A stretch of 38,145 nt of DNA from the IMG/VR virus record IMGVR_UViG_3300036798_000409, positions 1-38,145 of that record. The stretch is one strand, 5' to 3'. Position 1 is the stretch's first letter. Each line of letters starts with the position of its first letter. Positions 17,814 through 25,715 of this stretch are shown in pieces. The notes under the pieces are model-generated. The model worked only from the letters and a program-made list of their open reading frames with translations. It searched no databases and was not told where the DNA came from. This stretch comes from a virus (lineage: Duplodnaviria > Caudoviricetes). The translations under genes were made by a program, and so were the position numbers.

Positions 17814-17923
17814 CCTGGCGCTTCATCATCGCCGCGGGCCTCGCCGGCTATGGCATCGCCGCCTACGCGGCCTGGGAAATCGTCCGCCAGGTCAGCGTCA
17901 TCGCTGCTGTGTGGGCGCCGTGA
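17810..17923 (+). CDS. Small membrane protein
   Basis: MTWRFIIAAGLAGYGIAAYAAWEIV..., 37 aa; overlap-coupled at both ends. Confidence 0.5.
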   Translation: MTWRFIIAAGLAGYGIAAYAAWEIVRQVSVIAAVWAP

Positions 17924-18174
17924 AAACGCATATCGGTCGCTTCTCCGCATTGGATGACCTGCCGCGGAAAATGCGCGGCGACGGGCTCGAGGTGCTTCGC
18001 TTGCTCGCTGAAGTTGGACGATTCTCGTGCTTCGAGGTTGATGGGCCACTCGCCCGCAGCCTAGAGCAGATCAAGCGGCACGGCTGGGCGGTATTCGACA
18101 CCAGTGTGGGCTATCCCTGGACGACGGTCACCGTAACCGACGCTGGGCGCGCCGTGTTGACCCCGGCGCCGTGA
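17920..18174 (+). CDS. Hypothetical, possible winged helix
   Basis: GTGA-coupled; ARSLEQIKRHGWA...VTVTDAGRAVL. Confidence 0.5.
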   Translation: MKTHIGRFSALDDLPRKMRGDGLEVLRLLAEVGRFSCFEVDGPLARSLEQIKRHGWAVFDTSVGYPWTTVTVTDAGRAVLTPAP

Positions 18175-18244
18175 TAATCCGTTGGGCGCATCCTGGTCGG
18201 CCACGCCCTCGACTCGCAGCTAAATCCTACTGATGAGGAGTTTC

Positions 18245-18439
18245 ATGCCGAAAACTAACCATCTCAGCTATTGGTCTCTCCTCGAACACCTGTCGCGTCA
18301 TAATGTCAGAGGATGGTTCGAAGCTGGCACCAAAGCTGAAGACGCCCAAACCATTGCGTGGGCAGTATCCTCAGTAAACGATCGCCAGCTAGCACGACGC
18401 CTTGCTCGCGCGCTTTGTCAGCCGCGTCGCGCCGATTGA
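18245..18439 (+). CDS. Hypothetical protein
   Basis: GAGGAG SD before ATG 18245. Confidence 0.55.
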   Translation: MPKTNHLSYWSLLEHLSRHNVRGWFEAGTKAEDAQTIAWAVSSVNDRQLARRLARALCQPRRAD

Positions 18440-18624
18440 CGCACCGAATCGTTCTCCGCGACGTTCTCCCGGATCAACGAGACGACGTTCGCGAGCTCGG
18501 CTTCAGCCAGTCGGAAGACAACGCCGACATCTGGGTTTGCGAGAGATCGTCGGCAAAAGCGATCCGATTCCTGATTAGGACTTGCAAAAAGCTCGGCATC
18601 CGAGGTAGAGCCTTCCGCATCTAA
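18436..18624 (+). CDS. Hypothetical protein
   Basis: TTG overlapping the upstream TGA (TTGA). Confidence 0.45.
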   Translation: MTHRIVLRDVLPDQRDDVRELGFSQSEDNADIWVCERSSAKAIRFLIRTCKKLGIRGRAFRI

Positions 18625-19024
18625 GCGGCCCGGCCCCAATGAGGGACCCGCAGCCGTACCGTAAGCCCGCGGTGGAGCGGAAACCCGGACCCAGCGCTAG
18701 ACAATAGCGCGGATACCCTCTCTCTTAGGGGGTAAGGGGGTGATTCTCTCTCCCCTTGCTTCACCTATCACCAGCCCGAAGCGATTCCCCAAAAATCTCG
18801 CTGACTTCTGAGATGGGGCAGCAAAATTCACCCTCCCCCCTCCCCGGTCCCGGGAATTTCCCCGAGTAGGACCCCGCCGACGAGGACCACGCTGATATTG
18901 GCCAAACCGTTGGACATAGAGGTGCTGTCACCAGCTAAGCCATTGGAAACGTTGGTGTTACTGTCGTTGGTTGCGTCCTTGATACAGACGCTACGGGCTG
19001 CTCTGAGCGCGCGGACATGTGTTC

Positions 19025-19053
19025 TTGACGAGATGGCTAGGGCCTTTTAACGT
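19025..19053 (+). promoter_or_regulatory. Sigma70-type promoter
   Basis: TTGACG-N17-TAACGT; predicted start is within a few nt of ATG 19063. Confidence 0.55.
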
Positions 19054-19062
19054 GGCTGGGCG

Positions 19063-19377
19063 ATGGCATTGATACCTGCGGTAGAGTGGCGGACGCTGAG
19101 TCCGCGGGCGAAGATCGAGCGGCTGGTTGGTCGCTCTTTGGACGACATTGACGAGATGCTGTCGATACCGCTGCTATCGTGCGAGCCTGCGATGTTGGCG
19201 GCTCGTGTTCAGGTGATTCGGGTGATTCTGATGACGGCAGCGAAGCTAGGGATAGAGCAGCGGCGGGCTGAGGATTGGGCTGGGTACATGCGGGTATTGG
19301 ATCGGGAGGCGGCGGCTTTGGGTAAGGGGAAGCGGTCGAAGCGGCGTTCAGCTGACGCGGTAGACGCGGACGGCTGA
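19063..19377 (+). CDS. Hypothetical helical protein
   Basis: 104 aa right after the promoter; no SD, possibly near-leaderless. Confidence 0.55.
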   Translation: MALIPAVEWRTLSPRAKIERLVGRSLDDIDEMLSIPLLSCEPAMLAARVQVIRVILMTAAKLGIEQRRAEDWAGYMRVLDREAAALGKGKRSKRRSADAVDADG

Positions 19378-19581
19378 GTTTGTGAGGGTCCGGCATGAGA
19401 AGCGTTTACCGAGCTGCTTGCCGAAGGCGCAAACGGACACATGAACGCTGCGAGGCGAGTTGTTTCGGAAGACGCGAGCGCTGCCGACGGGCATTTCGTC
19501 GAGATATTGCTTGTAGCGTCCCCCCGGTTCATTTGGGGCGGCGTTCTCCTCGATTTCGGAGACCCAGGCGTTTTCGGTCAT
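19348..19581 (-). CDS. Small putative DNA-binding protein
   Basis: GRYKQYLDEMPVGSARVF...KRFSCR...VRVYRV resembles a common small phage DNA-binding family; start 19581 or 19590. Confidence 0.55.
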   Translation of the reverse strand: MTENAWVSEIEENAAPNEPGGRYKQYLDEMPVGSARVFRNNSPRSVHVSVCAFGKQLGKRFSCRTLTNSAVRVYRVS

Positions 19582-19697
19582 GCGCGACATTATGGCACAT
19601 GGGCTTTGGCGCGGGAATGGGGATGAATGTGCGGCGCAGCACCGACTGATCATGACGGCGAGCGGGTGCGAGGCCCGCACATCACGAGGAGCGAGAA

Positions 19698-20018
19698 ATG
19701 CACATGAGAGCAATCGTTGCGGCCGCGTGCCTAATCCCTCAGCTGGCGTTTGCCGGGTCGGGATCGATGGTGAGCCACATCTATCCGAACAGCATCTATG
19801 CGCCGAATTGCGTTGCGTTCCAAACCGTTGGTGACGGCACTTCTTACGGGGTGTCGGTGAATGACCCGGCAGCCGCGGTAATTGCGGCGTCGCTGAGTCA
19901 AAGCGAAATCACCGGCCGGCCGGTTTACTTCGATGTGAACAACAACGTGGGGGCGCCCTTCCACGCCGCTGATTGCACGGCGGGAGGAATAAATTACATC
20001 GTTGATTTCGCTGAATAA
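19698..20018 (+). CDS. Secreted protein
   Basis: GAGGAG SD; MRAIVAAACLIPQLAFA signal peptide; two Cys in the mature part. Confidence 0.65.
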   Translation: MHMRAIVAAACLIPQLAFAGSGSMVSHIYPNSIYAPNCVAFQTVGDGTSYGVSVNDPAAAVIAASLSQSEITGRPVYFDVNNNVGAPFHAADCTAGGINYIVDFAE

Positions 20019-20019
20019 T

Positions 20020-20538
20020 ATGACGAAGCTTCGTCAACTTGCTGCCATCGGCCTGGTTGTCACGAGCTGCTGGCAGCCACGGCCGGCGCACGCTTTTCTG
20101 CCGATCGTGCCGTTCATCGCCGCTCAACCCTTGGTCGCCGCTTTCCTCGGCGTCGTGACGGCGACTTATGCCGCCATCATCTACGGGATAGACGTCGGGA
20201 TCAGCAACATGGGGCCGAACACCTACACGTTCAGCGGCGCCTTAAAGCTCCCAGAAAACGCCGGCGGGACCGCGCCCTGCCCCAACGGCAGCTTGGCGGG
20301 CAACCCAAATTTGGGTGTGCTGCTCGAGTTGGCGGCGATCAACTGCAGAGCGACTCTGGAGTTTGGCTTGACGCCTGGGCCGGGTTGCTCCTTGAGGGTC
20401 GAATCGGCAAGCCTGCCGGGCGTGTGCATGGTAGACGGGACGGTCAACAACGCGTCGAAGGCTCAGTGCCAGGCGCTTGTGACAAGCTGCAATGCTATAT
20501 GGCCGGGGCAGTGCACGGGGAATTGTCCTCAGGAATGA
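20020..20538 (+). CDS. Secreted or membrane Cys-rich protein
   Basis: Signal-like N-terminus ending AHA, hydrophobic segment, eight Cys in the C-terminal half. Confidence 0.6.
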   Translation: MTKLRQLAAIGLVVTSCWQPRPAHAFLPIVPFIAAQPLVAAFLGVVTATYAAIIYGIDVGISNMGPNTYTFSGALKLPENAGGTAPCPNGSLAGNPNLGVLLELAAINCRATLEFGLTPGPGCSLRVESASLPGVCMVDGTVNNASKAQCQALVTSCNAIWPGQCTGNCPQE

Positions 20539-20543
20539 ATGCG

Positions 20544-20620
20544 GTCGCGGTGGAGCAGCTTGGTAGCTCGCCAGGCTCATAACCTGGAGGTCGGCGGTTC
20601 GAATCCGCCCCGCGCCCCCA
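20544..20620 (+). tRNA. tRNA with CAT anticodon, initiator-like body, atypical acceptor stem
   Basis: D arm TGGAGCAGCTTGGTAGCTCG, anticodon arm CCAGG-CTCATAA-CCTGG, T arm GGCGG-TTCGAAT-CCGCC, encoded CCA. Confidence 0.9.
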
Positions 20621-20639
20621 CCAAAGGTTCACTTTACGC

Positions 20640-20675
20640 GGGCGGTGCGGCCGTGTATGGCTGTGCCGCCCTTTT
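20640..20675 (+). terminator. Intrinsic terminator after tRNA
   Basis: GGGCGGTGCGGCCG-TGTA-TGGCTGTGCCGCCC (with GU pairs) followed by TTTT. Confidence 0.6.
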
Positions 20676-20693
20676 CATGTGAGGACTCCGTAA

Positions 20694-20987
20694 ATGGCGG
20701 TGCAAAACTTTACGACACAGTTCACTCCGGCTGTGGCTGGGTTCACGTTGAGCAACATGACGATCACCAACGGTGCGGTCGGGACGGTGGTGGGCCTTCT
20801 CACCGCCGTCTTCAACGACCCTACCGTGATGACGGTGGCAGTGTCGCTGGGCGGGCCGGATGCGGCGAAGTTCAGCCTCTCGTCAGCTACGCTCACACCT
20901 TCGGCGAGCGCTTGCAACCTGCAAGTGGCACAGGCCATCTCGGCCTCGGGAACATTCTCGATCAGCGCTTTGGGGACCACGCCATGA
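20694..20987 (+). CDS. Single cadherin/Ig-like domain protein
   Basis: GAGGA SD; GAVGTVVGLL...SLGGPDAAKFSLS...GTFSISA resembles bacterial cadherin-like repeats. Confidence 0.65.
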   Translation: MAVQNFTTQFTPAVAGFTLSNMTITNGAVGTVVGLLTAVFNDPTVMTVAVSLGGPDAAKFSLSSATLTPSASACNLQVAQAISASGTFSISALGTTP

Positions 20988-21304
20988 CCGGGCAAGTTTG
21001 CGCCCAGCCGTTCACGCTGACGGCACATGTTGGCCCCTCGCCGGACGGGACTTACATCTGTCAGCCCAACGGGACGCTGACGATCGCCTCCGGCACGGTA
21101 TCGTGGGGAGCTCCGACGACGGCCACGTCTGCTGGCATTTACCTGAACGGCGCGGCCCTGGACGGTGGTTTGGGCAGCCAGCTGGTGGTGCAGAATGGGG
21201 GCCAGCTGTACACTCTGGGAACAGACCATAATTGGTATGTTTTCGGGTCCGGCGGCCATTGGGTGCTTGGCACTCCGAGCCCGGTTCCCCCCGCTTGCCC
21301 ATAA
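20984..21304 (+). CDS. Tag-bearing beta-domain protein (one SPDG domain)
   Basis: ATGA-coupled; starts MTGQVCAQPFTLTAHVG; 106 aa. Confidence 0.7.
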   Translation: MTGQVCAQPFTLTAHVGPSPDGTYICQPNGTLTIASGTVSWGAPTTATSAGIYLNGAALDGGLGSQLVVQNGGQLYTLGTDHNWYVFGSGGHWVLGTPSPVPPACP

Positions 21305-21471
21305 TCACCGCAACGCCGTTCACGCTCACGGCGCAGATCGATGTGGTGGAAGAGGCGCCGATAGCGCTTCTCGGGCTTGGCTGCGGAATCTGGGTAGCGC
21401 AGAAGATCGAGGAGAACCCGATTGTTCCACGTCGGCGGCTTCTCGGTCTTGAATCGAAGGACGACCCATGA
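21295..21471 (+). CDS. Tag-bearing small protein with hydrophobic segment
   Basis: IITATPFTLTAQI...IALLGLGCGIWVA...NPIVPRRRLLGL; start TTG 21295 or ATA 21301; stop overlaps the next ATG. Confidence 0.55.
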   Translation: MPIITATPFTLTAQIDVVEEAPIALLGLGCGIWVAQKIEENPIVPRRRLLGLESKDDP

Positions 21472-24119
21472 CCATTCTCACCGCGACGCCGTTCGTTGTA
21501 ACGGCGCAGATCGGCATGAGCTCATCTTCGACTCCGGGGTCGCCGTGGCCGATAGGTGTGCCGCCAAACACCCCCGACAGCTTAGTCCAACACACGAGTC
21601 ACGAGGTGTGGAATCAGCCGAGCGCGGGCTACTACGCCAGCGGCGGCCAGGTGATTTTCAATGCCGGCCAGAACGCTGTGATGAGCGGCCAGGTCACCAT
21701 AAACGCGGCTCATTGGAGCTACGGCGGCGGCATAGCACCAGTCGACAACCTCCAAGGCTACTGGCTCATGGATGGGGCGCCGTTTTCTCCGTTGATGACC
21801 GGCCAATCGACGGACGGAGGATCTTTCGCCTACACCTTCGACACGTCGCTGTATCCTGATGGCCCTCATGTATTCACCTTCCAGGTTGTCAATTCCGAGG
21901 TGATTTCTCTCGGACACTACGCAACGAGGGCGATATACATTGTATTTGCCAATCACGGAGCAGCCCCCGACGCTCCGGTGAGGGTGCCGCTGGCGAACTC
22001 GTGGATGGAAGGAGTCCCGAGCGTTCCTGATTGGCACACGTTCACATCCAAGATCCTGCCGCAACACGTCAACGCCGCGATCCCATTTACGCCGGTTTTC
22101 TGTCCCCCGGACCCGGTGAATGGTGCCACGTTGGGCGAATTGGTCATCGAGCCGTTGCGCGGCGCGCCAGGGGCAGGCCCCGGCCGAACGCACGGCCCAC
22201 GCTGGACGATGGGCGACACCGGCGTCGGCTTGTTGCCGGAGGGCGACCTATATTCAGGCAACATCTCTTTGGATGCCGATGGCTATAATTTCAACACCGT
22301 CATGCTCGAGCTCGGGCGCGACGGGGATCGCTTCAACGCTCAGATCTCCGCGCTGACCACCTATGTCGACACCCTCGACGGCACGGGCTGGTGGGGCGTC
22401 AGCATGGACGGCCGCCTGTTCAAGCGCACCTTCGATGGTCACGTCACGACCGTCGCCGGCCGAATATTGGCGCCGAACACCTTTGCTTGGGACCCCCAGG
22501 CCTATCCCTATCTGTCCGAGACTCAAAACTCGGACGCCAGGCTGAACGGGCGCGCGCAATTCATCGGCGATTTCTCCGCTACTCCCGGTGGCAACATGGG
22601 CGGGTGGTGGCTCAAGAATGCCGTCGATCTCTGCGTCGACCCGCGAAACCACGCGATCGTTTACCTCTCGCTCCAGGTGCCGAGCGTCATCGTCAAGGTC
22701 GACACCTCGGTGAGCCCGGCGAGAGTGACGCTCTATGCCGGCACGCTTCAGACCAACCTCGACAACAAGGGAGGCGTGGGCTACGTGGATGGCCCGGCGC
22801 TCTCAGCTCAATTCAGCGAGCAGGCCGGGATCTGCATGCTGTCCGACGGCAGGATGATCGTCGCGGACAGCAACAACGCCGCGATCCGCATGGTTTCGGC
22901 CGATGGATCAACGGTCTCGACCGTCGCAGGCGGGACGGCCAGCTCGCAACCGGCGCCGCCGAGCAGCGACAATCCGCCGACCCGCTCCCCGACCGGCACC
23001 GTCCCTGTGGCGTCCAATTTTGTCGCCTACCCGTATTGGGTCAGGCTGACCTCGCACGGCACGATAGTCCTGATCGAGCAGTACAGCCTGCAGGTTCGCG
23101 AGCTCGACCTCGCGGCGAGAACGCTGCGCTACATCGGCACATTTGGCGACACGCCCGCAAACTCGAACAGCGGGTTTTGGGCTGCGTTGGAGGTCGATAG
23201 CACGGCCACGAACGGCCCCGTGGATCGCATCTATCTGGCCGTGACGGCCGGCGACGTTCCGATGTGGCGTATGGATCTCTCTGGCGCGAACAGCCAGGGA
23301 TGGTTTGGCATCGGCGCGACTGGTCTGTTGAGCGCGTGCGCCGATCGGTCATACACGCCAAACGGTTATTTCCCGTGGATGTTTGCTGTGCACCGGACCC
23401 AGTGCCGGGCGATCGCGACTTGGATCGACGTGGGAACGGTAGAATATCGTGGGCAACCGTATACGCACGACCCTATAGGCGACAACAATAATGCTCAGTA
23501 CGAGATTTGGTGCGCGGGTTATTACGTCTTCATCCTCGGCACCGCCCAATGTTTCCCCTACGGCGCGCGGCCCAGCTTCCTGGCGCTCTACGGCAGCACC
23601 GGGGTAAGCTACCTTGGCCTTTCGGCCACCAACAACTCATTCGAGGAGATCGCCCAGCTCACCCAGGCTGAGCGGTATGCCTTCTACCAGGCGGGGATGA
23701 TCGGCTCGACGCCGCGTCCCGAGCTCACCGGCAACGACCTGCGCAACCTCGACTTCTATGTGATGCGCAACACGTACGCCGGCTCACAGCCCACCCCGTT
23801 CACCCCCGGCCCCGACGATCCTGATACAGGAAACTATCCTCAGCTCTTCGGTGTTGCCGGCACCCGTCTCTCGGCGACGTCGGTGCAGGTTACCTGGACC
23901 ACCGACAAGCCCACGATCGGCCTGGCTGCGGCCACGCCACAAAACGTCACGACCCAAGCGTGGGCCTACGGGCCGTGCAGCCCACTCGAGACGGCGTACG
24001 GGACCAACCACAGCGTCGTGATCTCTGGCCTGCCGCCAAATGTTCAGATCAACGTCACTGCTATGTCGAAGGATGTGGCGGGGAACAGCTCGTACTCTTC
24101 GAATGTCGCCATCCCATGA
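21468..24119 (+). CDS. Large adhesin-like protein: tag, Ig-like domain, NHL-repeat propeller, Fn3-like C-terminus
   Basis: FDTSLYPDGPHVFTF (Ig-like); GYVDGPALSAQF...MIVADSNNAAIRMV...VSTVAGG (NHL); VQVTWTTDKP...HSVVISGL...SKDVAGN (Fn3-like). Confidence 0.8.
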   Translation: MTILTATPFVVTAQIGMSSSSTPGSPWPIGVPPNTPDSLVQHTSHEVWNQPSAGYYASGGQVIFNAGQNAVMSGQVTINAAHWSYGGGIAPVDNLQGYWLMDGAPFSPLMTGQSTDGGSFAYTFDTSLYPDGPHVFTFQVVNSEVISLGHYATRAIYIVFANHGAAPDAPVRVPLANSWMEGVPSVPDWHTFTSKILPQHVNAAIPFTPVFCPPDPVNGATLGELVIEPLRGAPGAGPGRTHGPRWTMGDTGVGLLPEGDLYSGNISLDADGYNFNTVMLELGRDGDRFNAQISALTTYVDTLDGTGWWGVSMDGRLFKRTFDGHVTTVAGRILAPNTFAWDPQAYPYLSETQNSDARLNGRAQFIGDFSATPGGNMGGWWLKNAVDLCVDPRNHAIVYLSLQVPSVIVKVDTSVSPARVTLYAGTLQTNLDNKGGVGYVDGPALSAQFSEQAGICMLSDGRMIVADSNNAAIRMVSADGSTVSTVAGGTASSQPAPPSSDNPPTRSPTGTVPVASNFVAYPYWVRLTSHGTIVLIEQYSLQVRELDLAARTLRYIGTFGDTPANSNSGFWAALEVDSTATNGPVDRIYLAVTAGDVPMWRMDLSGANSQGWFGIGATGLLSACADRSYTPNGYFPWMFAVHRTQCRAIATWIDVGTVEYRGQPYTHDPIGDNNNAQYEIWCAGYYVFILGTAQCFPYGARPSFLALYGSTGVSYLGLSATNNSFEEIAQLTQAERYAFYQAGMIGSTPRPELTGNDLRNLDFYVMRNTYAGSQPTPFTPGPDDPDTGNYPQLFGVAGTRLSATSVQVTWTTDKPTIGLAAATPQNVTTQAWAYGPCSPLETAYGTNHSVVISGLPPNVQINVTAMSKDVAGNSSYSSNVAIP

Positions 24120-25126
24120 TCATCACGGCGACGCCTTTCACTGTGACGGCGCAGATCGGTTCTTCGGGTATCTCTCCGGACGGCTCTTCGCTATTCTTTC
24201 CATCAACGGACGTCCTGACAAACAAGCAAGGGACATGGTCGGTCGGCGATGTCTATGCGGAGGACGACGGAGCTGGTCACGCAGTTTTTCGCATAAAGCT
24301 CAACGGCCGATATGTTGCGGAGATCCAAAACGTACCAGGCGCTGGGTTGGATTTTGGAGTCGTTGCGGTTTCTAGTCTGTGGGTAGACAACGGCGGGTGG
24401 GTTTACGCTTTTGTCAGTGGCGACAACGGCTATGCGATGTACGTCAATGCCGGCTGGGTCGCGAGCGGCGACACGTCCGGTAGGGCGGCGCCCGCAGCCG
24501 GGTATATGCTCTCGCACTTTGCGCCGCCGTACACGAGCTCACCCGATGGCACCAGGATCACGGCCCCCGCCACGAATACGGTGACGAACCAGGACGGCGT
24601 GTGGGGGATCACCAATGGCGTCCTCACCCTGAACGGCGTCGGGATCGTCGACAACCGCGGTGGCAACAACGACAGCTATCCACCGAATGCCTTCCAGGCT
24701 TTGGCGATCGAGATCAACAGTCACGGAACGGCGTTTGTGCAGGCGTCGGACTCGACGTGGCGCAGCTTCGCCGGTTTGGCGGCCAACCCCTCGGCCGGAC
24801 CTACCGCATCCCCGGTCCCCGTGAGCATGACGATCACGCCGCTCAATGGGCAACTCATACCGACCGCGCCCCCGGGGTCTCCGCGGGGAACGAAAGTGGC
24901 AACGCTGACCGTCACGATGAGCGACGGCTCAGTCGTCACTCCGACGACGGCCGAGGTAGCTTTGGTAGCCGACCAAGGGTACCCCGGCGGCCTCGCTTTT
25001 GAATATGTTTCGCCAAATATTCAAAGCAACGGCGTTCCGTTGACGCCAGGCTATGACACATTTCTCGTGCAAGTGACAATAAATGGCACCTCGTTCTGTC
25101 TAGGAACGCTTGTGGGAACCAGCTAA
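24116..25126 (+). CDS. Tag-bearing protein with two SPDG domains and C-terminal cadherin-like domain
   Basis: ATGA-coupled at 24116; MIITATPFTVTAQIG; PRGTKVATLTVTMSDGS; 336 aa. Confidence 0.75.
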   Translation: MIITATPFTVTAQIGSSGISPDGSSLFFPSTDVLTNKQGTWSVGDVYAEDDGAGHAVFRIKLNGRYVAEIQNVPGAGLDFGVVAVSSLWVDNGGWVYAFVSGDNGYAMYVNAGWVASGDTSGRAAPAAGYMLSHFAPPYTSSPDGTRITAPATNTVTNQDGVWGITNGVLTLNGVGIVDNRGGNNDSYPPNAFQALAIEINSHGTAFVQASDSTWRSFAGLAANPSAGPTASPVPVSMTITPLNGQLIPTAPPGSPRGTKVATLTVTMSDGSVVTPTTAEVALVADQGYPGGLAFEYVSPNIQSNGVPLTPGYDTFLVQVTINGTSFCLGTLVGTS

Positions 25127-25534
25127 CTCCGAGACCGTGATGACGAGCTTGGGCTGCTTGCCGTAGACTTTGCGGGGCCGCTTGTATTCGACCACTTGGG
25201 CGTCGTCCAGCCAGACCACGCCCTTTAGTGCGTCTTTGGCCTGCTTGATGTAGTTGTCGAGGTCCGGCTTGCTGGTCGGCCGGATTAGGCCGAGGATTGC
25301 GGCGTTTTTCTTTTTCATCGACCACGAAGCTGGGATTTTGCGCTCCGCGAGGAGCTCCATGACGAGCGCACCCTCGAACGGCTCGCGACCCGACATTTCC
25401 TGCTGGGCGATCAGCCGCAGTGCCGCATGCTCGTTTTTCTGCTTCGACGGCGTGTAGCGGCGCCCTGCTTTGGTTTGCCGATGTGCGAACGGCACAGGCT
25501 CGCCGAGCAGCACGATCGTAACCGGGTCGGTCAT
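25100..25534 (-). CDS. rusA: RusA-family Holliday junction resolvase
   Basis: AGGAGAG SD before ATG 25534; GEPVP, KPDLDNYIKQAKDALKGVVWLDDAQVV motifs. Confidence 0.9.
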   Translation of the reverse strand: MTDPVTIVLLGEPVPFAHRQTKAGRRYTPSKQKNEHAALRLIAQQEMSGREPFEGALVMELLAERKIPASWSMKKKNAAILGLIRPTSKPDLDNYIKQAKDALKGVVWLDDAQVVEYKRPRKVYGKQPKLVITVSELAGSHKRS

Positions 25535-25715
25535 TGTCTCTCCTGGTCTCCCCGCTCGTCGGACCGCGGCGCGGGGAGTGCGTAGCGCGGCCGCGGTACA
25601 CGCCTGCTTTGCACATAGCACAGCGGCGGTAAAATGCACCCGCGACACCCTGTCGCATGGGCAATGGGTGCCGATCGGGAGTATATTGCGATCATACCAA
25701 GCGAAGGAGCTGGAT

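Noticed and set aside
20544-20623. tRNA as an attachment site or prophage boundary
   Set aside because: No integrase, no duplicated tRNA 3' end, and phage-type genes on both sides.
20984-24158. Diversity-generating retroelement or invertase shufflon behind the repeated tags
   Set aside because: No reverse transcriptase or site-specific recombinase seen; repeats are direct and differences are not adenine-specific.
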